The notes beneath the pieces were generated by a model. That model had not been told where the DNA came from and made no database searches. It saw only the letters and a list, made by a program, of their open reading frames with translations. From Acidimicrobiia bacterium (lineage in GTDB: Bacteria; Actinomycetota; Acidimicrobiia; Spongiisociales; ZC4RG35): 64,000 bases of DNA. Below, one piece after another: positions 56,590 through 64,000 of the stretch (position 1 is the stretch's first letter; each line of letters starts with the position of its first letter). The stretch spans positions 21,843 through 85,842 of the forward strand of contig JBBDHV010000040.1 of assembly GCA_040880725.1 (NCBI GenBank), given 5' to 3'. Position numbers and translations under genes: made by a program.

Positions 56590-57471
56590 ATGGAAGACTC
56601 ACCCCAATCCGACCCGACGACGACAGCCGAGGGAGCGACCGGGGTCGTCGTGATCGACGCCGGCGGATTCGCCCAGCCTTACCTTCGGGCTCTCACGAAC
56701 CTCGCTCGGGTGAGGGTGATCGGGTTCCTCGATCTGTCCAACGCCAATGGGGATGCTGCTGGCGCGACCGTTGACCTCCGGTCGACCGATCCGAGGATCG
56801 CAACCGAATGGGACGGTGTCGACGCGTTCGTGCACTGCGGCCGACTGGCCGGCGACCCCGAATCCGTCGCCGTGGTCGCCGCCTCGGGCAAACCGTTGTT
56901 TGTCGACTCGCGGGCCGGTCGACGCCGAGCCGACGCACAGACCGTGCGGACCTGCATAGAAGCAGGCGAGATCGGACGCGTGGTATTTGCCCGATTCGCT
57001 GCCGGTGGGGAACATTTCGCCTGGCAGCAGCAAGCCCATGTGCTCGACATGCTCGGTTGGTGGATCGGCGAGGAACCCGACACGGTGTATGCCCAGCGGA
57101 ACCACGACCACGAGTCAGTGACCGTTCGGTACGTCGACGGAGCCACAGCAGTGTGCGACATCAGTTCCGCAGGCCCGTCCTATCGGGAGGTCGCCCTAAT
57201 CGGAGAATCGGCATCGATGTCTCTGACCTGGGCGGACCACAGCAGCGTATTGCTTTCCAACGGAGCCGCGCCGCAGTACCTCCATGGCTCACCGCCGCTC
57301 GATGCGGTCCTCGACGCGTGGTTGGACGACGTGAGAACCGGCACGGCGCCCATCATCGACGCGTCAGAACTCGAGGCCGCCGTGGCACTCGACGGGGCCA
57401 TCGAGCTTTCATTCGCGTCCGGCCAGGCCGCGAAGGTGAAGGCACCGCAGGACGACGGGAGCCGGGCGTGA
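56590..57471 (+). CDS. Gfo/Idh/MocA-like protein, divergent (no clear GxGxxG)
   Basis: 293 aa. Overall layout resembles Gfo/Idh/MocA, but the nucleotide-binding loop is degenerate (VVVIDAGGFAQP). Coupled by GTGA to the next gene. Confidence 0.5.
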   Translation: MEDSPQSDPTTTAEGATGVVVIDAGGFAQPYLRALTNLARVRVIGFLDLSNANGDAAGATVDLRSTDPRIATEWDGVDAFVHCGRLAGDPESVAVVAASGKPLFVDSRAGRRRADAQTVRTCIEAGEIGRVVFARFAAGGEHFAWQQQAHVLDMLGWWIGEEPDTVYAQRNHDHESVTVRYVDGATAVCDISSAGPSYREVALIGESASMSLTWADHSSVLLSNGAAPQYLHGSPPLDAVLDAWLDDVRTGTAPIIDASELEAAVALDGAIELSFASGQAAKVKAPQDDGSRA

Positions 57472-58508
57472 CAGCGCCTGCCAAGCCGCTCGGCGTGCTC
57501 CTGGTCGGGTACGACGGTGCCGGGATCCAGAATCACCAATTCGACATGTACGAGCCGTCGTTCGTCGGGCACCCCGTATTCTCGGTGGTGGGCGTTACAG
57601 ACGATCCATTCGCACAATCGTCACGCACTGCCCGCAGCCGCGATGCCGCACAACGGCTCGGCGTGCCGTACTTCGAAGACATCGAGGCGGCGATTCAGCT
57701 GCCGTACGTGGACGTCCTGAGCGTGTGCGTCGCCTTCGAACGTCGGGTGGCGGTGATCGAACTGGCGGCGAGCCACCACAAGCACGTGCTCGTCGACAAG
57801 CCGATGGCGCTCACCTTGGAGGACGTCGATCGGATCATCGAGGTGACCGGTGAGTCGGGAATCGTCTGCGTCCCCGCGCACCACCATCGGTTCAAGGACT
57901 CGATCCGCGACGCCACCCGAACGTTGGCCGAAGGGCGGCTCGGCACACTCCGAGCAGTGCACGCCGACTTTCTCGTCGCACGGGGTGCCACCCGCGCCAC
58001 ATCCGACGACCCGACCGTCTGGCCGCTGGGCGAGCTGATGAACTTCGCTCTGTACCCGATCGACACCATCCGACACATGACCGGCCTGGAGGTCGAGCGG
58101 GTGCACGCCACGCGCGGCGGGTTCTTCTACGGAGGTCCCGACGACGAAGACTTCGGCGTCCTCACACTGACGCTCGAAGATGGTGTGATCGCCACCGTGT
58201 CGGTCGGCCGCGTCCCGCTGACCGGCCACCTCGCAGGAGGGGAGCACCGTTACCGGCTGGTCGGATCCGCCGGTCTGCTCCTGGTAGACGCCCAGGAAAC
58301 GATCGGTGTCCTACACGGACGCGATCGCGCCCGACGGGTTCCTTCGGCAGTGGTCACCAACTCGGTGATGGGACTCCTCGACGAGATCGCTCGTGCCGTC
58401 CACTCCGCCTCGGTGGCGGTCCTGGGGGCCGTCGACGCCCGGTCACCGCTGGCGGTGACACTGGCAGCGAGACAGTCCGCGGACTCGGGCACCGTTCTCG
58501 ATCTCTGA
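57468..58508 (+). CDS. Gfo/Idh/MocA family oxidoreductase
   Basis: GTG 57468 overlaps the previous TGA. VLLVGYDGAGIQ, HVLVDKPMALTLED. The track ORF from 56808 is a frame shadow. Confidence 0.8.
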   Translation: MTAPAKPLGVLLVGYDGAGIQNHQFDMYEPSFVGHPVFSVVGVTDDPFAQSSRTARSRDAAQRLGVPYFEDIEAAIQLPYVDVLSVCVAFERRVAVIELAASHHKHVLVDKPMALTLEDVDRIIEVTGESGIVCVPAHHHRFKDSIRDATRTLAEGRLGTLRAVHADFLVARGATRATSDDPTVWPLGELMNFALYPIDTIRHMTGLEVERVHATRGGFFYGGPDDEDFGVLTLTLEDGVIATVSVGRVPLTGHLAGGEHRYRLVGSAGLLLVDAQETIGVLHGRDRARRVPSAVVTNSVMGLLDEIARAVHSASVAVLGAVDARSPLAVTLAARQSADSGTVLDL

Positions 58509-58529
58509 GGCGGCCACATCCTCATGGCA

Positions 58530-60128
58530 TCACGCCAAGGATCCTCCCCGCACCGGATGGTTGCCGCGCATGCCCGTGACCTTCCCATCGGCCACCACCC
58601 GAACTCCGTTTGCGACGACCTGCTCGACGCCCACGGGTGCGCGTCGCGGCTCGGTGTAGGTCGACGTCTCGGCGATTCGGTCGGCGTCGAAGGCCACGAC
58701 GTCGGCGCGAGCTCCCTCCGAGAGGTGCCCGCGATCACCCAACCGCACTCGTGACGCCGGCGCCGCCGTGCACATCTGCACGGCGCGTTCGAGCGAGACG
58801 GTCCCCTGCTCTCGGACGTAGCGCTGGAAGAACCCCGGATAGGCACCGAAAGCCCGGGGATGAGGGAGGCTCCCGCCCGAAGTCTCCGGCGGGAGCACCA
58901 CCAGTCCGTCCGTGCCGATCATCGAGCGCGGGTGGGAGAGCACGGTGCGGAGATCGTCCTCGGACCGCCCGAACGCCACCATCACCGGGTCACTCGCCTC
59001 CAGAAGCCGAAGAGCGAGGTCAACCGCCTTCACCCCCCGCCGTGAGGCTGCCTCCTCGACCGTCGAACCATTCAAGGAGTCGTCCTGGGGGACATAGGCC
59101 AGAAGCGTCCAGTCCCACCTCGGATCTCCGGTTTCCATTTCGTCGGCGATTCGTCGCCGAGTGTCCGGATCGGCGAGACGGGCGCGAAACCCCGGCATGC
59201 CTCCATCCATGGCCCAGCGGGGCGCCTTCTGGGACAGGCTGGTGCTTCCCGCCAGATAGGGATAGATGTCGAATGCCACGTCGAGTCCGCGATCCGCGGC
59301 GGAGTCAATCGCCTCGATGGCGTCATCGACGAGCCCCCAGTTCTCCTCCCCGACCACGCACAGATGCGAGATCTGAAGGCGACATCCGGCTCGCTCGGCC
59401 ACATCCAGCATTTCTTCGACGGCCGCCAGGAGTTCCGCGCCGTAGTCCCGCATGTGAACGGCCATCAGGGCGTCGTGGCGGGCGATCACCGAGCCGAGCG
59501 CGACCATCTCGTCGGGAGTGGCGTACGTACTCGGGGGACGCATGAGCCCGAAGGACATGCCCACTGCGCCCTGTTCCAGCATCCGATCCAACTCAGCCTG
59601 CATACGCTCAGTCTCCACGGACGTAGCCGGTCGCTGATCGAAGCCGACCACCCCGGCTCGCAGCGGAAGGTGTCCGACCAGGACCGCGACGCTCACCGCG
59701 GCCTTCACCGATTCGACCCGATCCAGGTATCCGTCGACGTCGGTCCAATCCCAGTCCAGCCCGGGTATGTCGATGGAACTCTGTGCTTCTCGGACCTGCT
59801 CACGCACCGCACTGTCGAGGAATGGAGCGATGCCGCTCCCGCAGTTCCCGACGACCTCGGTAGTGATCCCTTGCTGGATCTTGTTCACGGCTTCCGGGTA
59901 CGCCAGTGTCATCAGATCGGCGTGGGCATGGATGTCGACGAACCCGGGACACACGATCAGGCCACTGACATCGCATCGTTCCCGGGCGCCGGCGCCGCTC
60001 AGGTCCCCGATGGCGACGATCCTGTCCCCCCGGATCCCGACATCGGTACGTATCCGGGTGACCCCGTCACCGTTCACGACGTCGCCTCCGTGCAGGATCA
60101 AATCCATCGCCACATCCGATTCGCTCAT
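58530..60128 (-). CDS. N-acyl-D-amino-acid deacylase family amidohydrolase (D-aminoacylase), copy 2
   Basis: MDLILHGGDVVNGDG, PGFVDIHAHAD. ATG 60128 has SD GGGAG at 7 nt. Alternative starts at 60146 and 60107. Confidence 0.85.
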   Translation of the reverse strand: MSESDVAMDLILHGGDVVNGDGVTRIRTDVGIRGDRIVAIGDLSGAGARERCDVSGLIVCPGFVDIHAHADLMTLAYPEAVNKIQQGITTEVVGNCGSGIAPFLDSAVREQVREAQSSIDIPGLDWDWTDVDGYLDRVESVKAAVSVAVLVGHLPLRAGVVGFDQRPATSVETERMQAELDRMLEQGAVGMSFGLMRPPSTYATPDEMVALGSVIARHDALMAVHMRDYGAELLAAVEEMLDVAERAGCRLQISHLCVVGEENWGLVDDAIEAIDSAADRGLDVAFDIYPYLAGSTSLSQKAPRWAMDGGMPGFRARLADPDTRRRIADEMETGDPRWDWTLLAYVPQDDSLNGSTVEEAASRRGVKAVDLALRLLEASDPVMVAFGRSEDDLRTVLSHPRSMIGTDGLVVLPPETSGGSLPHPRAFGAYPGFFQRYVREQGTVSLERAVQMCTAAPASRVRLGDRGHLSEGARADVVAFDADRIAETSTYTEPRRAPVGVEQVVANGVRVVADGKVTGMRGNHPVRGGSLA

Positions 60129-60194
60129 TCGCTGGCTCCCTTCCATTTGCAGCCCCCGACGCGCATCGCAAACCGGGGCCTGGTGCCGTCCATC

Positions 60195-61139
60195 TCACAC
60201 GGTGTCGGAGGACGCCTCGCCCGGACTCCATGCGGGCACCTGATCCGAGATCCAGGAGGCGAAGCGGTCGGCGGCGTCGTCCGGCGCGGACTCATAGGGC
60301 GGCAGCAACCGAAGCGGGAACTCCCGATCATGGAGCTTCCACACCACCTTGTCGTAGGCGCCGTCGATCATCGGACGGGAGCCGACTGTCGCCCGGAGCC
60401 CGTCGGCAAGTGTCCGCAACTGGCGTTGGGTGGCCAGTAGGCGATCGACGTCCCGTGCGGCGCCGTCGGCCACATAGGCGTGTAGTCGTTCGGGATTGCA
60501 GATCGCCAGGCTGGGCAGAAGTCCACAGTCTCCGATAAGGCTGCCGTAGGCGTAGCCGCCGTCGACGAAGTAGTGCCGGAGTTGGGGTGCCTCCTCCAGG
60601 GAGGTCGCGATCTGGCGCATGGAGTCGCCACTCTGCTTGGTGGCGACCAGATTTCGATGGCGTGCCGCCAGGCGGCCGTATTCGACACCGGTCAGCTGTC
60701 GTTTGGCCCGGGCGACGTTGTAGTGAAGGAACTCAAGTTCCCGAAAACTTCCCAGCACGTCTTCGAAGAAGACGTCGACTTCTCCATCCCCCAACGCCGC
60801 CCAACTCGGCATCGAGATCTGAAAGCGCAGGACCCCGAGATCTCGCGCGGTCTGGATGCGCTCGATGACCGTCGTCGTCGACAGGCTGACGACGCCAACC
60901 ATCGGCTGGCCACCCCCTTGCCTCATCTCCTCGACGAACGCCTTCGTCACCGTCGCGAACTGCGAGTCGGAGACCGCATGGCCCTCCCCCGCGGTCCCAA
61001 AGATGTACAGGTCGGTGAGCCCGGCGGCCAGTTGTGCACGCACCTGGGATCGGAAACGCTGCTCGTCGAAACTCCAGTCCTCAGTCCAGGGAAGGACGGA
61101 TGTCGCCAGTACCTTCCCCTCGGTCCGAACTGTCACCAT
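60195..61139 (-). CDS. Dihydrodipicolinate synthase/N-acetylneuraminate lyase family (DapA-like) class I aldolase/deaminase
   Basis: FGTAGEG, HYN tyrosine, Schiff-base lysine context VATKQSGD. SD GGGAGG. Confidence 0.8.
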   Translation of the reverse strand: MVTVRTEGKVLATSVLPWTEDWSFDEQRFRSQVRAQLAAGLTDLYIFGTAGEGHAVSDSQFATVTKAFVEEMRQGGGQPMVGVVSLSTTTVIERIQTARDLGVLRFQISMPSWAALGDGEVDVFFEDVLGSFRELEFLHYNVARAKRQLTGVEYGRLAARHRNLVATKQSGDSMRQIATSLEEAPQLRHYFVDGGYAYGSLIGDCGLLPSLAICNPERLHAYVADGAARDVDRLLATQRQLRTLADGLRATVGSRPMIDGAYDKVVWKLHDREFPLRLLPPYESAPDDAADRFASWISDQVPAWSPGEASSDTV

Positions 61140-61178
61140 GGTCAGCCTCCCGGTCTCGTCATCGGTCCATTCCGGAGT

Positions 61179-62507
61179 TCACAGCGACACCAACTCGTCC
61201 GCCAGAAACGCGCTCTGGACGAGTCCGAGGACGAGACCGCCGGCGTATCCCCCCTCGTACACCCCGCCGGCGTCCGCACCCACGGCATAGAGCCCGGGAA
61301 TGGCGCTCGAGGATTCATCGAGTACCCGATACCGGTCGTCCACCGCGATACCCCCCAAGGTGAAGGTGATCGCCGGTCGGACCACGAGTGCGCGAAACGG
61401 GGGTTCGACCACGGGTATGAGTCGGCGTGTTCGCGGCGGGGAGAGCGCATCGCTCGCCCCCTTTTCGATTGCGTCGTTGTATGCGGAAATGGTGCGAAGA
61501 AGACGATCCGAGTCGACGCCCCAGGTTGCCATCGCGTCTGCCAGTTCCGAGAGCGTGTCGGCCGTTGCGGTCGGAGCTCCGTAGGCGGCAGCGGTTTCGA
61601 ACGATCCGCCGACCCTGCTCGGGGAACGCTCCGGATGCGGGGAGTCTCCGTACAGCATGCCGTCGAACACGATCACGCCGCGAGCCGACGGACGTTGCAC
61701 GAGCGCCATGGGGGCCCGCTCATCTGCGGACGACAGCGACTCGTCGAAGAAGCGCTCGCCGTTCATGTCGACCAACACCGCGTCCTGGCTGTAGTACGGC
61801 GTCACCGACGTCCATCGATCCGGAGGGATGGCCATGCCGGCAGCGGGAATGGTGTGGCCGTAGAACGAGGCCATGTCAGTGCTCGTCGTCGCACCGACGG
61901 CGAGCGCCGCGACGAGCCCGTCGCCCGTGCTGTGAGGGTTCGACCGCAGGTACAGGCTGTCGGTGTGTCCTGGCACGTACCGGGACAGGAGGGTCGGAGA
62001 TCCTTGAAACCCTCCTGTCGCCAACACGACTGCACCCGCTCCCACCGTCCACTCCTCATCGCCCGCCGCGATCCGCGCTCCCGTCACTGCCCCCGTTGCG
62101 TCGGTGTCGAGGCTCACCAGCGCCGTGCCGACCGCAATCGCCCCGCCGTGGGCTTCGACGTGGGAGGCGAGTTTGAGGATCAGGCTCTCCTGATCGATCT
62201 GGCAGACGGTCCGCTCGCCCAACTCCCGACGTTCGCCCATTCCCACGTTGCGTGACTCCAGCCAGGCCAACGCATCGTCGAAGCCATCGACCAGGTGCTG
62301 TTGCAGCCGCCGATCGCCGCCCGGAACGTACCGTGCCATGGCCTCCATCGAAGACGCCGTCCAGAGCGTGCCGCCTGACATCCGGGTGGACCCACCGAGA
62401 GCGGACGCCTTCTCGACAACCAGCACCGACCGGCCCGATCCCGAGAGTCTCGCCGCCGTCGCCAGGCCGCCGATCCCGCTTCCCGCAATGACGAAGTCGT
62501 AACCCAT
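61179..62507 (-). CDS. FAD-dependent oxidoreductase (fumarate reductase/KstD-like flavoprotein)
   Basis: DFVIAGSGIGGLATA dinucleotide motif and a C-terminal GLYAVGADAGG motif. ATG 62507 preferred over the track TTG at 62519. Confidence 0.82.
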   Translation of the reverse strand: MGYDFVIAGSGIGGLATAARLSGSGRSVLVVEKASALGGSTRMSGGTLWTASSMEAMARYVPGGDRRLQQHLVDGFDDALAWLESRNVGMGERRELGERTVCQIDQESLILKLASHVEAHGGAIAVGTALVSLDTDATGAVTGARIAAGDEEWTVGAGAVVLATGGFQGSPTLLSRYVPGHTDSLYLRSNPHSTGDGLVAALAVGATTSTDMASFYGHTIPAAGMAIPPDRWTSVTPYYSQDAVLVDMNGERFFDESLSSADERAPMALVQRPSARGVIVFDGMLYGDSPHPERSPSRVGGSFETAAAYGAPTATADTLSELADAMATWGVDSDRLLRTISAYNDAIEKGASDALSPPRTRRLIPVVEPPFRALVVRPAITFTLGGIAVDDRYRVLDESSSAIPGLYAVGADAGGVYEGGYAGGLVLGLVQSAFLADELVSL

Positions 62508-62525
62508 TGCTGATGGCAAGCGCCA

Positions 62526-63518
62526 CTACCGCCAGTCGATCACGACGCCGAAAGGACGCTCATCGGCTGCGTCGAACCGCTCCATGATCCGCGGGAGGTC
62601 ACCGGGCGACACCCGCTCGGTGACGAGCGGTGTGAGGTCCAAGCGCCCCTGCGCCATCGTCTCGAGGAGGTAGCTGCGGCACCGTCCCAGGGTCCAATCG
62701 TCGCGTGAGAGGTCACCGTCCCGTTGGTGGCCGGCGCACCCGATGATCCGCAGACCTTCGTAGTGGAACCGGGCGGGAAACGTCAGGAGCTCGTCGAAGA
62801 CAGCTCGACCCGTTTCGGCGGTCGGCAGCACGCGATTCACGCCGAGCACACACACCCGCGATCGCTTGCGGGCGATCCTCACCGCGGTATCGAAACCAGC
62901 CCATGAGCCGCTGGTGTCGACGACGATCGCCGGACCCGCCACCGACGCCGACCGGATAGCGTCGCCGACGTCATCGGACCCGGCGTCATACACCTCGAAT
63001 CCGAGCCGTGCCGGGAGCTCGAGTCGAACTGGATCGATGTCGATCACATGCACACGAGCCCCCACCATCTCGGCCACGAGGGCGGTACTCATCCCCACGA
63101 GCCCGGCCCCGACGACCGCCACGTCGTCGCCGGCCCGGTAGTCGCCGGAGTGAAGACAGGAATGGCCAAGCCCCGCCAGATGCGTGAACACAGCCCCTTC
63201 GAAGTCGACGCCGTCAGGGATGAGAGTCACGCCTGCGGCGTCGACCCGCGCCACGGACCCGTGCGGCGCAGACAACAGCACGCCCCGACCGACAAGGCCC
63301 GCATCGACCGATGCCCCGACGGTCCGCACGGTGCCCGCCGCGAGATACCCGGGGGCGACCATCATGGATGTGGGGCCACTGCGGTAGGCGAACAGCTCGG
63401 TGCCGGGACTCACGGCCGTGCAGGCGATGTCGACCACGACGTCGCCTTCCTCTGGCTCCGGGTCGGGCCGCGAACGCATCTCCAGCGCTCGGGGTCCGAC
63501 GAGTTCCCAGATCTCCAT
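62526..63518 (-). CDS. MDR-superfamily dehydrogenase lacking the catalytic-zinc ligands
   Basis: MEIWELVGP..., Rossmann VAVVGAGLVG. The positions of the zinc-ligand Cys and the GHE motif read ACTAVSPGTE and PGYLAAG. ATG 63518 has SD AGAGGAG. The track ORF to 63845 is an over-extension. Confidence 0.8.
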   Translation of the reverse strand: MEIWELVGPRALEMRSRPDPEPEEGDVVVDIACTAVSPGTELFAYRSGPTSMMVAPGYLAAGTVRTVGASVDAGLVGRGVLLSAPHGSVARVDAAGVTLIPDGVDFEGAVFTHLAGLGHSCLHSGDYRAGDDVAVVGAGLVGMSTALVAEMVGARVHVIDIDPVRLELPARLGFEVYDAGSDDVGDAIRSASVAGPAIVVDTSGSWAGFDTAVRIARKRSRVCVLGVNRVLPTAETGRAVFDELLTFPARFHYEGLRIIGCAGHQRDGDLSRDDWTLGRCRSYLLETMAQGRLDLTPLVTERVSPGDLPRIMERFDAADERPFGVVIDWR

Positions 63519-63549
63519 GACTACTCCTCTGCTGTCGAGATCAAAACGA

Positions 63550-64000
63550 TCATGCGGGGAGCTCGCGGACCTCAACGCGTGCGCTTCCTTCCGCCTGGGA
63601 GCGAAGGATGGCATCGAGGAGGGCAACGGTCCGGTGGGCAGTGAAGGCTGAACTCGTCGGTTGGCTCCCCGTGCGATGCGCTTCCACGAGATCGCGTACG
63701 GCGGCCTGCATCCCGCTGACCGTGCCTGCTCCCCCGAGTGGCGATACCGTCGGCCCGACGACCGAGCCCGGCGTCCCGTCGTTGGTGCGCGGCATCCGGA
63801 TGACCCGCGCGCCGAGTGTGTCGATGGCAACTCGCCCGCCCTCAAAGAGGAGATCGATGCTGCGATCCGGTGAACCCGACTTCATTCCGGCGATGTAGGC
63901 ACGCGTCCCGCCCTTGAAGCCGATCATGACATTGGCTCCAGGATCGAAACTTGGATCCCGGCCACCGTCGCCTGCGTACACGAGGCCATAGTCCTCGTGA
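63550..64000 (-). CDS. Gfo/Idh/MocA-type oxidoreductase, C-terminal part (5' end beyond window)
   Basis: The frame stays open to the window end (HEDYGLVYAGDGG...). The C-terminal alpha/beta domain composition is typical of the family. Confidence 0.6.
   Translation of the reverse strand, partial: HEDYGLVYAGDGGRDPSFDPGANVMIGFKGGTRAYIAGMKSGSPDRSIDLLFEGGRVAIDTLGARVIRMPRTNDGTPGSVVGPTVSPLGGAGTVSGMQAAVRDLVEAHRTGSQPTSSAFTAHRTVALLDAILRSQAEGSARVEVRELPA

Overview
Visibly GC-rich, gene-dense bacterial chromosome segment. My models give 66 CDS (2 cut by the window edges), 1 probable gene remnant and 1 tRNA. I saw no rRNA, CRISPR array, transposase, integrase or phage genes. Several things point to Actinomycetota (inference only): F420 genes (cofC plus an LLM oxidoreductase), two PIG-L/Mca-like deacetylases, the glyA-atpZ-atpI-atpBEFHAGDC order, FAH-gltX-tRNA-Glu synteny, many GTG/TTG starts and many 4-nt GTGA/ATGA gene overlaps.

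Layout:
- 1-4.8 kb: aminotransferase, methyltransferase, PIG-L deacetylase, and an orphan histidine kinase with a coupled mini-protein.
- 5.1-13.4 kb: complete F1Fo ATP synthase operon preceded by glyA.
- 13.7-22.3 kb: orphan MsiK-like sugar ABC ATPase, SDR, a GAF-GGDEF-EAL protein directly downstream of a secreted S8 protease, a cyclase-family hydrolase and an M20 amidohydrolase.
- 22.4-30.4 kb: tRNA-Glu, gltX, FAH hydrolase, thioesterase, pgpA, S9 peptidase, serA, usp.
- 30.4-32.8 kb: F420-linked genes.
- 32.9-36.5 kb: ArsR-controlled orphan locus and glycerate kinase.
- 36.5-42.7 kb: PrmC-like methyltransferase, OsmC-GNAT fusion, two MFS pumps, a membrane spermidine-synthase-like protein and an EamA remnant.
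- 42.7-47.0 kb: acyl-CoA dehydrogenase, acidic stress-like protein, NYN/LOTUS protein, ECF sigma/anti-sigma pair, lipoprotein.
- 47.2-64 kb: a roughly 17-kb GntR-associated catabolic island with a peptide-type ABC importer, two N-acyl-D-amino-acid deacylase paralogs, three Gfo/Idh/MocA proteins, a DapA-like lyase, an FAD oxidoreductase, a zinc-less MDR dehydrogenase and an FAH hydrolase.

Best leads for something undescribed:
1. A protein-perfect but codon-scrambled (G-A-S-W-S)x13 tail on the S8 protease, whose gene ends 11 nt before a c-di-GMP enzyme gene.
2. The ArsR-linked gene for a UGSC-like domain lacking the Sec/Cys motif fused to an unknown 350-aa domain, followed by an in-frame TGA and a cyclase C-terminal fragment.
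3. The D-aminoacylase-rich catabolic island.
4. The orphan histidine kinase coupled to a CxxH...CxxC mini-protein.
5. A structured glyA leader with pairing that occludes the Shine-Dalgarno (SD) sequence.

All family calls come from reading the translations by eye. No database search was run.
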